From the human T2T-CHM13v2.0 reference genome, Homo sapiens: DNA of 64,000 bases. A program made the position numbers and the translations under genes. Positions within the stretch are counted from its first letter, which is position 1; each line of letters begins with the position of its first letter. The notes under the pieces were generated by a model, which saw only the letters and a program-made list of their open reading frames with translations, was not told the origin of the DNA and made no database searches. Shown here in pieces: positions 14,351-27,400 of the stretch. The stretch lies in NCBI RefSeq assembly GCF_009914755.1, contig NC_060936.1; one strand, 5' to 3'.

Positions 14351-15400
14351 CTAATGTATATATCTTACTTAGCATAGTGTCTGACACTTTGTAAACACTC
14401 AACATTTTTGATGACTTAATTTAAGAAAAAATCTTGGATCAGTGGTCCTCAAAGTAAACCCTGCAGCTCTAGTTTTGTGGAAACCAGAGGACTGAAGCAA
14501 AAGTGTCCTGACATCTTAGACTGTATGTTAATCTCAGGAATGTTTTTCCTATATATGTCTACTTTGAGAGAAAAATCAGAATTAGGTATGGTTCTACAAA
14601 TATAGGAGCTTTTCTTCCTCCATGCTTTGTAGGTTTGTCTTATCTTAAAGCCTTTATTGAATTACTAGAATGCAAACAAACAAAAAATGATAGTTATGGT
14701 ATATATTTTATATTTTATTCTAAAAAATGGTCTAAATTTGACTTTTCCAAATGGCCAATTATTTAGAAATTCTAACACTATACTATGCGTGAAGTAAAAA
14801 TTTGCTTAGTTTTCCAGTGACAAACTAATAACCAACCAAATTTACAGTGAAAAATAAAGTATACCACCTTTAAATATAGCAGCAAGGTATTTCAACATGA
14901 ACTTTACTGTTTTAACCTACTAAACTCAAAGCAAAACAAGACATTCTTATCTCTTATTCATTTATTATCTTGGGAAAATATTTAATAGTTTCGTTTTTTC
15001 TGATTCTAGAACCAAAATTAAAGTTATGGGATCCTTAGGTTTTGTTTTGTTTTGATTTTTCACACCGAAATATAAAATTTATGACTTAAAAGTACTCTAA
15101 GGTTTAGGTAACAGATCTAATTTACTTCTTAATAGGAAGTTAAAAAAGCCTTTCAACGTTTCATAGACTTTGTGAGAATCCTGTATGAAACTTGTCACTG
15201 ACCCTATGTTGAAGGAGTAAATACAGGGAAAAGAGACATTGGCTAATAGATAAATGTATGTAACTTTTCTGATGTACTGAGGTGATTATTACTTTTTCCC
15301 CCTTATTATTTTGTTAGTTTTTAAGCTGAAAGTTATTGTATAGTTAGAGAAGAAAGAAGAAAAGTTGTTACATAATTTTTCCTGACAAAATATGATGACT

Positions 15401-15726
<326 letters not shown>

Positions 15727-15728
15727 CT

Positions 15729-15935
15729 ATGAGTTTTGCAGTCAGACAGCCCTGGGTTTGAGTTGATAAGTCTACTTGCTGTTTGTCCTTAATAAGGTAT
15801 GTTATAACCTCTCCACGCCTCAGTTTCTGTATCTGTAAAATGGGCATGACAGCCACGTTCTAGAATTATTGAGAAGATTAAATGTATTTATGTGAAAGTG
15901 CCTAGACATGTGCCTGGCATGTAGGAGGACTCAAA
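15729..15935 (+). mobile_element. MIR SINE
   Basis: gcagtcagacagccctgggtttgag...cctcagtttctgtatctgtaaaatggg...gtgcctggcatgtagg. Confidence 0.75.
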
Positions 15936-18900
15936 TTTTAGTTTTATTTTCTTCCTTCATTTCCCACTTTAATCATAAAAACAAGATAAGGTGTGAGGAA
16001 AATACTGTTCCCAGGGAATTATTATAGAAAAAGAATTACCAATAAAAGATTGCTGCACACTAAATACTGGACCTGGCTATCTTTTAAAATACAATTTTAA
16101 CCTCAGAATTCACTGTAATCAAAATGAAGTAAGTGCTAATGGCTGTGATCCTTATAGCAGATCTTTGAGGGTGGCAACACATAGCAAAGGTGACTTGCTT
16201 CAGGTCACGTGGCTGGGAAGCAGGCAGAGCCACAAAGCAAACTGTTGCTGTACGTTTATTTGTACTAATAGCAAGAGCTTCATACTGGGGCTTCGAAACA
16301 ATGCTGGCCTTGAGGCAACAACACAGGACAAGCTTCGCTATAAAAAGAGACTTTGGACATATTTCAATAAATAAAATATCCTTGGACTATGTTCAAGATG
16401 GAACTGATCTATCTCAAAGTTACTCTGTAAGGAACGGTGTTATGATTAGATACCAAAATGGCAATATTATCTCCTCAAATATGTAATTGTGTTACATGTG
16501 TGTACACACACACTCACTTGTGCCTTCAAAAGACACTATTAAACATTTAAATAAAGGGAAAAATCTTTCCCAAACATACTTCTAAGCCAATTTAGAGGTC
16601 ATTGAACAGATGTCATATAATACTAATGTTAAATTACCCTGTGTAATAAGAAAATTACAGTACCTAAGTGAAGATAGTAAAGGGAAACCATCCAATGAAT
16701 TACTCCAGAATTTCAAAATGAAATGATTTTTTCAAGATTAACAGTGGCACCATATGACTTTAGAAAAGTGAGTCTGATAGGGAGAAGGGAAATAAGAGAC
16801 AAAAGTGAAGCTTTTCTGTGTTTATATATACCAATATTTGGTTCTGATGATAGAAGGGCTAATGTAATAGTATAGCTTTAAATTGTCCAGGAAGTATATT
16901 ATTATTATTAAATGGTGTGGCAAGATATTTATTAAAATCTGACCAACTTCTCATTGAATTGTTTAATGTAAAATCACAATAGTTGTTTCTAGTCTACATA
17001 TATTTCCTTTTGGTATTAGATATACTTTGAAAACCTAATTATTTTGAGAATATAGTATAACCAAAGAATGAAAATGTACAAAGTTTGACAACTTTAAATA
17101 ATCACTAGTATTTCTTAAAGGACAAACCTCACTTACAGTTAGGAAACAATATTTATACTTAAGGTTGAAAAGCCAGGATGTAAAAAAATTTTGCTAATTT
17201 GGAAGATGACCTTTAAGTGCACCAAAACCAAATAATTTGTAGGCTATGACATAGGGCACATTCCTACAAAATTTGTGTGAATACTGCTTTAGTGGTTCTT
17301 GAAAGACAAACAAAGAAAGCTGGAATGAAATCTTTATTCCCCTCCCAAATAAGACGGAGACTAACAAAGGAGTACAGCAGCACTCTTTCAAGGCTTGCCA
17401 TTAAAACGAGGTCTCTGTAGCACAGTTAATGAGATGTTTCATAGTGGAAAACAATCTGTTTTTAAGAATGTTTAGATCAAAAGTAATTTCTAATCTATGA
17501 AATAAAGTCTCTTCAATACCCTTCATTCACTAGTAAAGCTTTTATGTTTGTATTATTTACTTCAATCAGATGTTTTCAATTTTACCTTTTTTTCTTGTAC
17601 AAATACTTGACATGGTTCATCAATACTGACCAACGGTTTTATTCTCTTCGGAAAAGAGAGATTCATGAGAGAGGGAGAATGAAAAAGAGAGAAACATCTT
17701 TGCCTAAATGATTTGCAAGCATCTGTGCTTTAAGCTACTTTTTATGAACACTCCTTAGTAAATGACTCAAGGTAAAAAGGCAGAAAAGCATCCAATGTTA
17801 GGAAATTGCAATCCAATACCATGTAATTTAAACCTGCAGTTGCTTCTCTTGTACTAAATGACATACAGATGGGTAGCTTAGTTCTCTCAACTTTGGGAAC
17901 ACAATTGGTCTTTTTGTATGAATGAACGTATATTAACAAAAATATTTTGGATAGAATTGTTTGATTTTAATTGTACATATTTTAATTATGCCATTGAAAA
18001 GAATAATTTTAACCAAGTCATTTTGTCATGTTGTTTGCATTTAATGATTTTGTGACAGTATTAACTAAGATACAACCCTTCCAACAAACACATGAGAATA
18101 AAATAATTTTTAAGAAGTCTGTACTGAATTAAGCAGAAACTCACCTATCACTGTTGACTGATTATTTAAGAAAGAGCCACTTTGCATTCAAGCTATTGAG
18201 AGGCTTGTTCTGATAGGACAGACATTTCTCAGGGAAACATTTCTACCTAACCGTTGATAACAGCAAAAATACAAGTAGTAGGTATTTGGATAAAGCCTAG
18301 GATAAGACGGGGTCCAGTGAGATGAGAGATCAACATGCCATTAGTGACATGCCTGCTGTGCCTGTGGATCTTTGCAGGCCAGGGAAGGGCTGAAGTATTT
18401 GTGGAAGGTCAGCAGAGGTGCTGTCTGACAACCTGCAGGCCCACTCCAAGGTGTATCTTGCTCTTTGGCTCTGGCTTGCTCTTTTGCTGCCTCCATTTTC
18501 TCTTGTGGAGAATCAACCGCTCTATCTTGGTGGCCCGGATTCTGCAAGCTGATATCCTTCTTCAACACCACAGTCAGGGTAACCGGCTAGACAATATTTT
18601 CCTAGTTTAAGGTCAGCGATCTCATACTATGACATTAGGTACCTTGAACGTAAAAAAAACGGGAAGCATTTCCACTCCTAATCATATTTCTTTATATTTC
18701 AAAAGAAGTTGCGTTTAGTATTTGGGAAACTAAGCAAGCTTTCTTCTAGTAACTTCAAAACATGGCAAGAACTCTCTACATTTAGGACCATCTGCAGGCC
18801 TCTTTCCCACTGTGATGGATGGCAAAGAAAAGCAATTTTACTGCAGTGAGTAATGGCTACCCTGTCCTGGAGTTATATTTCTTTTCAGTCATTTGCTCAT

Positions 18901-19845
18901 GTAAAATAAAATACTACATATAAACAGGTGTTGTCTGAACATTTTACTGCAGGCTGTATAGGTTGAAATAAAAGCTGCCATTGTTATTAGAATCACATTA
19001 GAATTATTTCACCATTCAAATACAGTTAATCAGTAAAGTCTTCCTAGATATACTTTGCAAAAAGAAAATGTAGGTTTCTAAAAATATTCACATTTCCTTT
19101 TTTCTTTGTCTTTCTCCCTTTCTGTTTTTCCCACTCTTTCTTTGGAACTTCTTGAATCTGCATTAGTGAAAATGCCTTCTCCTGTAGTTTATTGAAAGTT
19201 TCTTGCTGCCCATTTAACATGGTAAGATACAGTCTTTGAAGAGATATACAGAATCTTTATACTTTGAAGGAGTATACAGAATCTAGTGAAGTTTCTGATG
19301 GAATCATGGAGAACAGTAATTCCTGGTCATAGAAAAATATATTTTTAGGGCTCAAAAATAGGATGGTAGTTAAATCATCCACAATGGAAATGGAATTTTG
19401 ATGGTTTCAGGCTATTCTACTAAGTTGCAAAATTATTGCAGACTTACGGTTTAACATAATATGCCCATCATTTTATATATACAGTATAAATGTTTGTAAA
19501 TAGACTTATGCTTTTGAATTTATTTGAAAAAAAAAGGGTTTCAGGATACTGGGAGTTATAAAGCATGTACCTTGTGAATGATCAGTGAATTTTTAGTATC
19601 ACATGCTAGAGACTGGCTGTAGCATATTGTCACTGCTCCAGTGGAATCATCTGAATCTTAAGAAACATTCATTTTAAACGTAGAGAAATAATCAGCTGCA
19701 GTTCAGGTAAGCATTTCCAGTGCATTAGAGACTGGTCTGGTCATTGACAAGTGACTGCAGAAGCTGTGCTGTGGCGGTCAGCCAAAGCAATTATTTAGGA
19801 TTCAAGCTAAAAAGGCTTCTTCTCCCATATCCTCTCTCTTTTCAG

Positions 19846-19954
19846 GGTCGTGTAGGGATAAAAAGAACTGTAAGGTGGTCTTTTCCCAGCAGGAACTGAG
19901 GAAGCGGCTAACACCCCTGCAGTACCATGTCACTCAGGAGAAAGGGACCGAAAG
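19846..19954 (+). CDS. MSRB3: MSRB3 coding exon (109 nt): (G)SCRDKKNCKVVFSQQELRKRLTPLQYHVTQEKGTE(S)
   Basis: Acceptor cctctctcttttcag, donor AAG|gtaagg; encodes the MsrB/SelR N-terminal motif LTPLQYHVTQEKGTE. Confidence 0.97.
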
Positions 19955-21545
19955 GTAAGGTGAGCTTTAATAAAAAGTCATTAAGAGCTAGATTTCTTCT
20001 CCCCCTGCCCTCTGCAGTGCTTTTCCTTGCCAATTAATTTAAAGCATTCTATACTTACTTGCTAAAGTCTATGAATTAGTATCCTTGAAAAGGTTAAAAT
20101 GGTGTTGTTTAGGTTAAGACTAAGTTTTATTTGTTCTTTTCTCCATTTAATGAATACTGCATATCTGATATAAAGTCACAAAGCTTTTGTTAAGGGCCTG
20201 TTTTTAGTTTACTACAAAATGTGTGGAAGTAACAGCGATTTAGGTACATTTTTTGGGAAGACATCACAGTAAGCAAAACCATGAGGGACTTGGCACTATG
20301 CCAGGATGCTGAAATTTTGAAGGTGGCCATTGTAAGTATAGACGTTTTGGCTGCAAAAAGAAGGTAGCATAATTTAGTTCTTTTCTACCCAACTCCAATT
20401 TCTTTTTGAAGCACATGTGGAGAAAGTATTTATTGGCTCATTTGTGGTTGGAATGTCAAAAATTTTCAATAACTGCCCTCACATGGCTTTGGTCCTTGGA
20501 AGTTCGCCCTAAGTCCTGAAAAAAGAGTTTGTTCACTTCCAAGACTGTTTTTAGTGAATAAAGCCTCTCTCAGCTGATTCCAGCTCAAAGGTAACTTGCC
20601 AAGGTCCGACGACTTTGTTGTCTAATTTATACCATGGAGCTTGGCGTAAGACCGTAGCTTACCTCTGATCCAAATTTATTAATGATGTAACTTCTTGTTT
20701 TCATTCATGAACTGAAAGAGCTCTCTACTACACATGGGATCCCTGTTAACAGGCAACACTCTCTTCCTGTCACAGTATCTACTGTTTACTGAATTTACCA
20801 AATGTTGAATCTCTGACGAAGTCCAACCTTAGCATACAATGAGCTAGCAGTGGACTTCAGTCTCAGCTTGCGAGGATTTCTATCCGTTCTGTTGTGTACA
20901 TGACTAGCAAAATGATTTAATGCACACAAACAACCAGAGATTAGGTCATTCTTAAAAATTCTGTTTATAAAAAATTTGGACCTCATAAAGAGGGTGAAAG
21001 GATAATAAAAACAAGCTGCAGAGCACATAGACTTTTTGTTGGGCTAGCACAGCTGATTTGTATTAGCTGAATGACCTCCTAGCCTTTAAGATTGTTAACT
21101 TAGAAAAATATTCCCTTAAAGCTGCAATATTCCTTTTCAAACCAAAAAATAAGACTCCTTCCACTTGAAGTCTTGGACCCTTCTGCATTTTCTGGTATAT
21201 ACTCTTGCACACTGTAAAGTAGCAAAATCTTATGTAATGTTCTTTCTGTGAATCTAAACTACAGGCTTTTTTTTTTAATAGAAAAAAATCTTTTTCTAAG
21301 CATTACATAACTAGATGGCTTGATTTTTTTATGTAACTTGCACTAGTTTGGAGTAGTTATATGCACATTTTATTATATAGATTTGAAATATATTAGTAAA
21401 GTTCAGATTTCCATATGTTTGGTTTGTTTTCATTCTAGTACAAAAAGCCCTTGAAAGATTTATTAGAGAAATATATTTTAAGCAAATACATTCTGTAAGA
21501 AATAATGCTAACTTTAATTTTTTAAATGATCTGTTTATTTATCAG

Positions 21546-21623
21546 TGCCTTTGAAGGAGAATACACACATCACAAAGATCCTGGAATATATAAATGTGTT
21601 GTTTGTGGAACTCCATTGTTTAA
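21546..21623 (+). CDS. MSRB3: MSRB3 coding exon (78 nt): AFEGEYTHHKDPGIYKCVVCGTPLF(K), with the first Zn-binding CxxC
   Basis: Acceptor tttatcag, donor AA|gtaagt; phase 2/2 matches both neighbours; MsrB signature GxYxCxxCGxxLF. Confidence 0.97.
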
Positions 21624-22387
21624 GTAAGTATGTTGAAAACCTATAGGTATGGCTGTATCATAGATGGCAGCAAACTAGTTATTGCTTTTTCATCTTAGAA
21701 TCTTTCCATTGCTGAATTTTCTTCTGTTTGTTTTTCTATTTCCATTTACCCCCAACAAAACAAAAGTAATTATTGATTTCATGGTAAATTACCAGTGTGA
21801 CAGACTGGCTGATTTTGCACTACTTGGATCTTTAAAATACCCAACATTAACTTGTTCATGTCAGTAACCATGGTGCTTAGCAGAGCTGTGAAAGAGATTT
21901 TGGCAAGCATAGAAATGTTTATGCATTTACTGATTTTTTAAATCTTCAAATGACAGCCTTAAATATTTATTGGAACATAATGAAAAGTTCTTCATGTATA
22001 TACTTCACATTGAATAAAATCCACCAAGTAGATTATACTTTTGCAATGAAGGGAAATACCTGTATTGAATGTAACATGGGAACATACCTTTACATAGGTA
22101 AGCAAATTATGTAATATGAGGTTAACAGTTTTTGCATAGATTCAAAATCTTTATTTTAAAGATCCCAACAGTTTACCATAAAACAGGCAGCACACTGGAC
22201 TTTCTGACTAAAATAGTTCATTCAGATAGTGTATTCTGGAGATTATGGATGTTATTCAAGAAAGGGAAATCTTTACCAAAAACTTATTTATCTAGGTGGA
22301 GAAAATTCTAGAAGCCCTATGCTTCCCATGGGTTGCTGACTTGGGGGAATAAAAAGGCAGAAACCTTAATTGGGAGTAAATGTCATT

Positions 22388-22681
22388 GGCTGGGTGTGGT
22401 GGCCCAGGCCTGCAATCACAGCACTTTGGGAGGCCAAGACGGGTGCATCACTTGAGGTCAGGAGTTCGAGATTAGCCTGGCCAACATGGTGAAACCCCAT
22501 CTCTACTAAAAATACAAAAATTAGATAGGCATGGTGGTGTGCGCCTGTAGTCCCAGCTACTCGGGAGGCTGAGGCAGGAGAATCACTTGAACCCAGGAGG
22601 CGGAGGTTGCAGTCAGCCAAGTGTGCCACTGCACTCAAGCCTGGGCGACAGAGTAAGATTCCGTCTCAAAAAAAAAAAAAA
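22388..22681 (+). mobile_element. Full-length AluS
   Basis: Alu dimer; perfect 13-bp TSD agtaaatgtcatt (22375-22387 / 22682-22694). Confidence 0.97.
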
Positions 22682-24217
22682 AGTAAATGTCATTTATTTA
22701 AAATGGAATTACAGAGTTTCTTAGGGGAAATAAATAAACAAGGATCTGATACTTGTAGCTAAAACACACTTAATATCTCTCCATAAATGTTTCTCTTTTA
22801 AAAAACCAGCATTTACTGATTTTCCAGAAATAACAGGAAACAGTGGTTTCCTTGAAATTAAAAAAATGTTTCTTACATTGCACAAACCTTATTGAACATT
22901 ACCATTGGTTGAGAATCTGTTCTGAATTCTTACGTATTCCTTCTGTTAAAAAACCGACCCTTCAAATTGTCACCCATTTCCTCTCAGAAAACACACTCCG
23001 TATATAATGTTTCAACACCTTTAGCTTATGTCATAATAGTTGATATAACACTTAAGATAGTTGCTGAGCCATGTTAAACTTGTTAATATCCCAAATGGTA
23101 AAAATTGGCCACATCCCCTTTACTTTTTGATTCAGATTCTCCATCCCCTTCCCTACCATGTGATTCACTAAAGTATGGGATCTAAAGAAAACTTACTGTT
23201 TTAAATAAGAAACAGAACCACTGTAAATGAAGGGTTTAACCCTTGTGAGATTTTTGAGTCACAAATCCTAAAAGCAAGACCCTTATCCAAACATAGATGC
23301 TAGTGGGAGTCAGGTTTCACATTTGATGTGATATTGCCTCTATTTCATCTACTTCTGTGCTTACAAGGAGAGCTTTTATTTTCCACATTTATAAGGAATG
23401 TGATTTAATACTTTCATTCTACTTTTTTCTTCTTTTAATTGTTTGCTTCTTTTTTACTTGTTTTCTTGTCTATTTTGGGAAAAATTCCTTGCTGTATCCT
23501 TCACTGGAGAATGTAGTCGAGTAGCTCATTGGTCTAGTGCCAACTTCTGTATGTGTACTTTCCTGAAACTGATATGTCTGAGAGTCTGTGGTTGGCTGCG
23601 TCTTCCTCCCATCTCCTCTATCATGACCACCCTTCTCCCACCTCACAAAAGATGACATACCTTTCACCCAGCCCAAATCTTACCATGTATTGCCCTGGGG
23701 TACAATCTCCAGGGCATCAAACAAAATGACAGTTCGGCAACTTTAAAGAGACTCGAAAGCAAGGTTAAAAAAGTGTTGGTAAAAAATAGTGAAATCGTAT
23801 TTCACCTTGGCAAGGCTCCTGGCACAGCACAGTCCACCTCCCTGTCTGCCTGCTTGTCTGTCTCTCCATCTGCTGACTGTCCATTCATTTTCTACTAGCC
23901 TACTTAAGTGAGAAGGCTGCCATGAGAACATGTATTCATATCTTTATTCAAATGAACAAAAACGAAATAATTGGAAGTCTTTTTTTCGGACACAGAATAC
24001 ATCCGATTTGGTTGATTAATTTGACAGTGAGGACTGGCTTTGTAAATTATATGGTGGACTTCATCTGCTCAGTGATCTAAATATGTATCTCTAAGGTTTT
24101 GTCAAATCTACATTTTACGTATGTGTAAAGTACACAAAACACCAGAAAATTAATCTTCTGCAATTTAAAAAATTTCTGATAAGACATTTTAACTTAATTT
24201 AAATATATGAGGAAGCA

Positions 24218-25160
24218 TGTATCAGTCAGCACCCAGTCAGGACACAGAATACACAGTATTTTGAACAGTAAGGTTTACAGAATTATGAACTGTAAGAGAG
24301 GATTGTGGTAATAAGGGATTGGGTAGTAAGAAATGAAAAGAAATTCTAAAGAATACAGGAATAGCAGACATAAGAAACAATCATGACTCCTAGGAACTGA
24401 GATAGACAGCCCTAGGAATCCTCTGCACCCCTCCGTACACACAGGGCTGAGGGCTAGACCTTGTTGGAGAGGGCATGGCTGTTGCCACTAAACAGCAGAG
24501 AAGTTGTTATGGTGCCATGATGGTGCAACTTGCTGGAGCTTTCCTGAAATCTGAAATTTGCTGGAAATTTACCCTCTGGGATGCTGGGGAAAGCTGTTTG
24601 CAGGGCATCTCAGTGGAGGCGCTCCACTACCAAACCATGTGAGCGGAGCGCCAGGGGAAGCTGCTAGCCGCTGGGTGCTGCTCATCGCTGTGCACAGAAA
24701 GCAGCACCTGGCACTGAAGAAGCCACTCGTGTAGCTGGAAAGCAGAGTATGCTACCTAAGCTGGGTGCAGAAGGAGCTGTGTGCTCTGCAGGAGTTGGTT
24801 GCTGGAAAAGCTGCGTACACGGGAGGAGATGGGTGCAGGAGAGTCCAGTCACATAACAGGAGCCTGGCACTAGAGAAGCTGCCCACATTGCAAAAGCCTG
24901 GAAGCAGAGAAACTGCATGGGCTGTGGGATCTGGATGTGAAATATGCTGCAAGCACTAGAGGAGCTTGTTAAGCAAGCATCCTGAAACCAGAAAGGAAAG
25001 GGCTTTTGCTCCTGGAGTCTGTCTCCTGTGCCCTCAGCTGGCAAAGTTAGACCTCATGCTGGCTGACAAAGAAAGAAGTATTTAAAGGGCCCAGCCCCAT
25101 TTTAGCAGAGCAGGCAAAGAAGATGGATTTAGAGGCGAGAGGCTCTAACTTTATTTGAGC
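24218..25160. mobile_element. Probable old solo LTR (ERVL/MaLR-like)
   Basis: Abrupt GC-richer block starting tgtatcagtcagcacccagtcaggacacagaa, like an LTR terminus; family not identified. Confidence 0.4.
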
Positions 25161-25312
25161 ACAAAGTCTATTTTTTAATATCAAAATTCTTTTAGGGGTT
25201 CAGGAGCAAAAGTTTCAAAACCACTCACTAGTCTAGTAAATTAATGTCACTATCAGGGGCCCTGTAGGTAATTGGTTTTATGCTTTGAACAAAAGTGTAG
25301 GAAACAATTGAG

Positions 25313-25332
25313 GTGTGTGTGTGTGTGTGTGT
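25313..25332. repeat. (GT)n microsatellite
   Basis: About 10 GT units read directly. Confidence 0.9.
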
Positions 25333-25486
25333 ATGAAAAGTGTGTGGAGTTTCCGTTTGTTAGAAAGGAGTGAGGGTAGAAAACTAGACAGAACAGATTA
25401 ACTAGAGGAACCGTATGAGAAATACTAGTGGGAGGGAAATAGATAATACAGAAGAAATAAGAAGAGTGCTGAATTTCAAGTATCTA

Positions 25487-25663
25487 ATCACACCGGGGCC
25501 TGTTGTGGGGTGGGGTGAGTGGGGAGGGAAAGCATTAGGAGATATATTTAATGTAAATGACAAGTTAATGGGTGCAGCACACCAACATGGCACATGTATA
25601 CATATGTAACAAACCTGCACGTTGTGCACATGTACCCCAGAACTTAAAGTATAATAAAAAAAA
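25487..25663 (+). mobile_element. L1PA 3'-end fragment (about 175 bp)
   Basis: G-rich tract, then gggtgcagcacaccaacatggcacatgtatac...aacttaaagtataataaaaaaa. Confidence 0.92.
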
Positions 25664-27224
25664 GAAAAGATCATTTCCCCCACTGCTATTTCTGTTATTT
25701 TATTCACACTTAAAGTATATGTGTGTGTGCATGCATATACGAGCATAATCCTCATCATTTACTTGACTGCTGTGTGTATTTTACTTCCTCACAAAAAAGG
25801 CTATTCAATTATTCTCATTTCATTTTCAAACTTGTACTCTAAATACATTTCCTCTCTGAACAATATACTGCTTTCTTACTGCTTACCAAGTACAAGAACC
25901 TCATTCACAGCCTTCTTATAAACCTAATGTATAATTTATTCCATGGTTCACATTTTCTTCACATTTACAAATTTTACCAAGCTAGTTTATTTCTCATATA
26001 GTACTACTGACTTTCAGTTAGTAAATTAACTGACAGAAGTAAGAATGTTTTCTCTTCTGGTTATTTGAACTTTTAAAACTTCATAAAGTGAATTTATTGC
26101 ACATCAGATAAACCAAAGAAAACACTGGGAAAATAATTCAGAAAGTATTTTTGACCATTTATATTTTGCTTTGGTTGACACTTTCCTAGGTATTGTGGAA
26201 TAAATAAAATAAATTTATGAAATATTTTTTTCCTCAACGTACTTACTTTTTTGGCATAGTAAGAAAAACACAACAAACCATTATAAAATATGACAAAATA
26301 ATGCTAGTGTCTCTCTGAATGTGCCTGTTTGAAATGCTTTTGTATGTAATAGGAAGGAATATGACTACATCAAACTCAGGCAAGACTTCTTGGGGGAGAT
26401 GAGAACACACTTTACCAGGCCAAGAGAGGGGTTCAGTTTTTCCCAGGTGGAGGATGCCTAGTAGAGAATACCATATGAGAAGAGGAATCAGAGATAGAAT
26501 CAAAAGTGGATTTTTCAAGGATATGGAACACTAGTCCAATAGGAGTGGGAAGGTGGGTTATGTTGGGAGTAATGGGAAATATGGCTGGGGAGTTACAGGG
26601 GACCAATTAAGGAAGTCCTTGGATGCCAGAGAAGGCATCTAAATTCCTACTAGAAATCTTTTAAGCCTTGGAATCTTTTCCTCCATAAAGCCCTATCTGA
26701 TCCTTCTAGTGTGAACGTGAATGTCCCTCATCTCTGCTCCATAGCACTTTGAATGCGCTTCCATCATTGCAATTTCTACTTTGTTTTATAATTATCTGTC
26801 TATGTGCTTGTCTACCCTCTTGGAGTGAATTTCACAATGGCAAAGCCATACCTTAGTCATATTTATATTTATAGCCCCGGCACATAATAATCACCAAATA
26901 CGTAGTTGTTGATCACATGCATATCTGAACTCTGTTAGATAGATAGTGAGGTAATAGCGTGATGAAAATGAGATGTAAGCCATAACAGTGCACAAGATAG
27001 ATTCTGGGATTGGAAAAAGAAGGAAATAGGGATGTTAATTAACAGCCTCAGTGGGAACTCTTTTTTTTCCTTGTTAGCGGATAAACCTCAACACTATGCA
27101 TGTGCAATCAGCTTCTGATAATTTTGTTTGAGACCTTGAGGAACCACATAGGACATTTTAATATTTTGTATACACTTATTCAGCAGGCCTTCCACTGAAT
27201 AGCTCATTTTCTATAGGTTCACTA

Positions 27225-27400
27225 ATGATAATGATAATAATGCTAAAACAATAGCTAACACTTACTACAGCACTTACCATATGTCAGGCATGGTTCTTAG
27301 TGCTTCATATATGTGAACTCATTTAATCTTCACAGCAACACATTTTATAGATGAGGAAACTGAGAGAGGATAAGTAACTTGTGAAGATCACACAGCCAGT
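27225..27400 (-). mobile_element. MIR SINE
   Basis: aatagctaacacttac...cacttaccatatgtcaggcatgg...ttttatagatgaggaaactgag...aagtaacttg is the reverse-complement MIR. Confidence 0.75.

Noticed and set aside
18331-18354. p53-like half sites caacatgcca / tgacatgcct in a GC-richer unique block
   Set aside because: Several mismatches and a spacer; expected by chance in 64 kb.
18335-18610. Overlapping 91-aa and 76-aa ORFs
   Set aside because: No recognisable homology or splice context; length is explained by local GC content.
24682-25044. 120-aa minus-strand ORF
   Set aside because: Lies within a probable LTR relic; no domain features.
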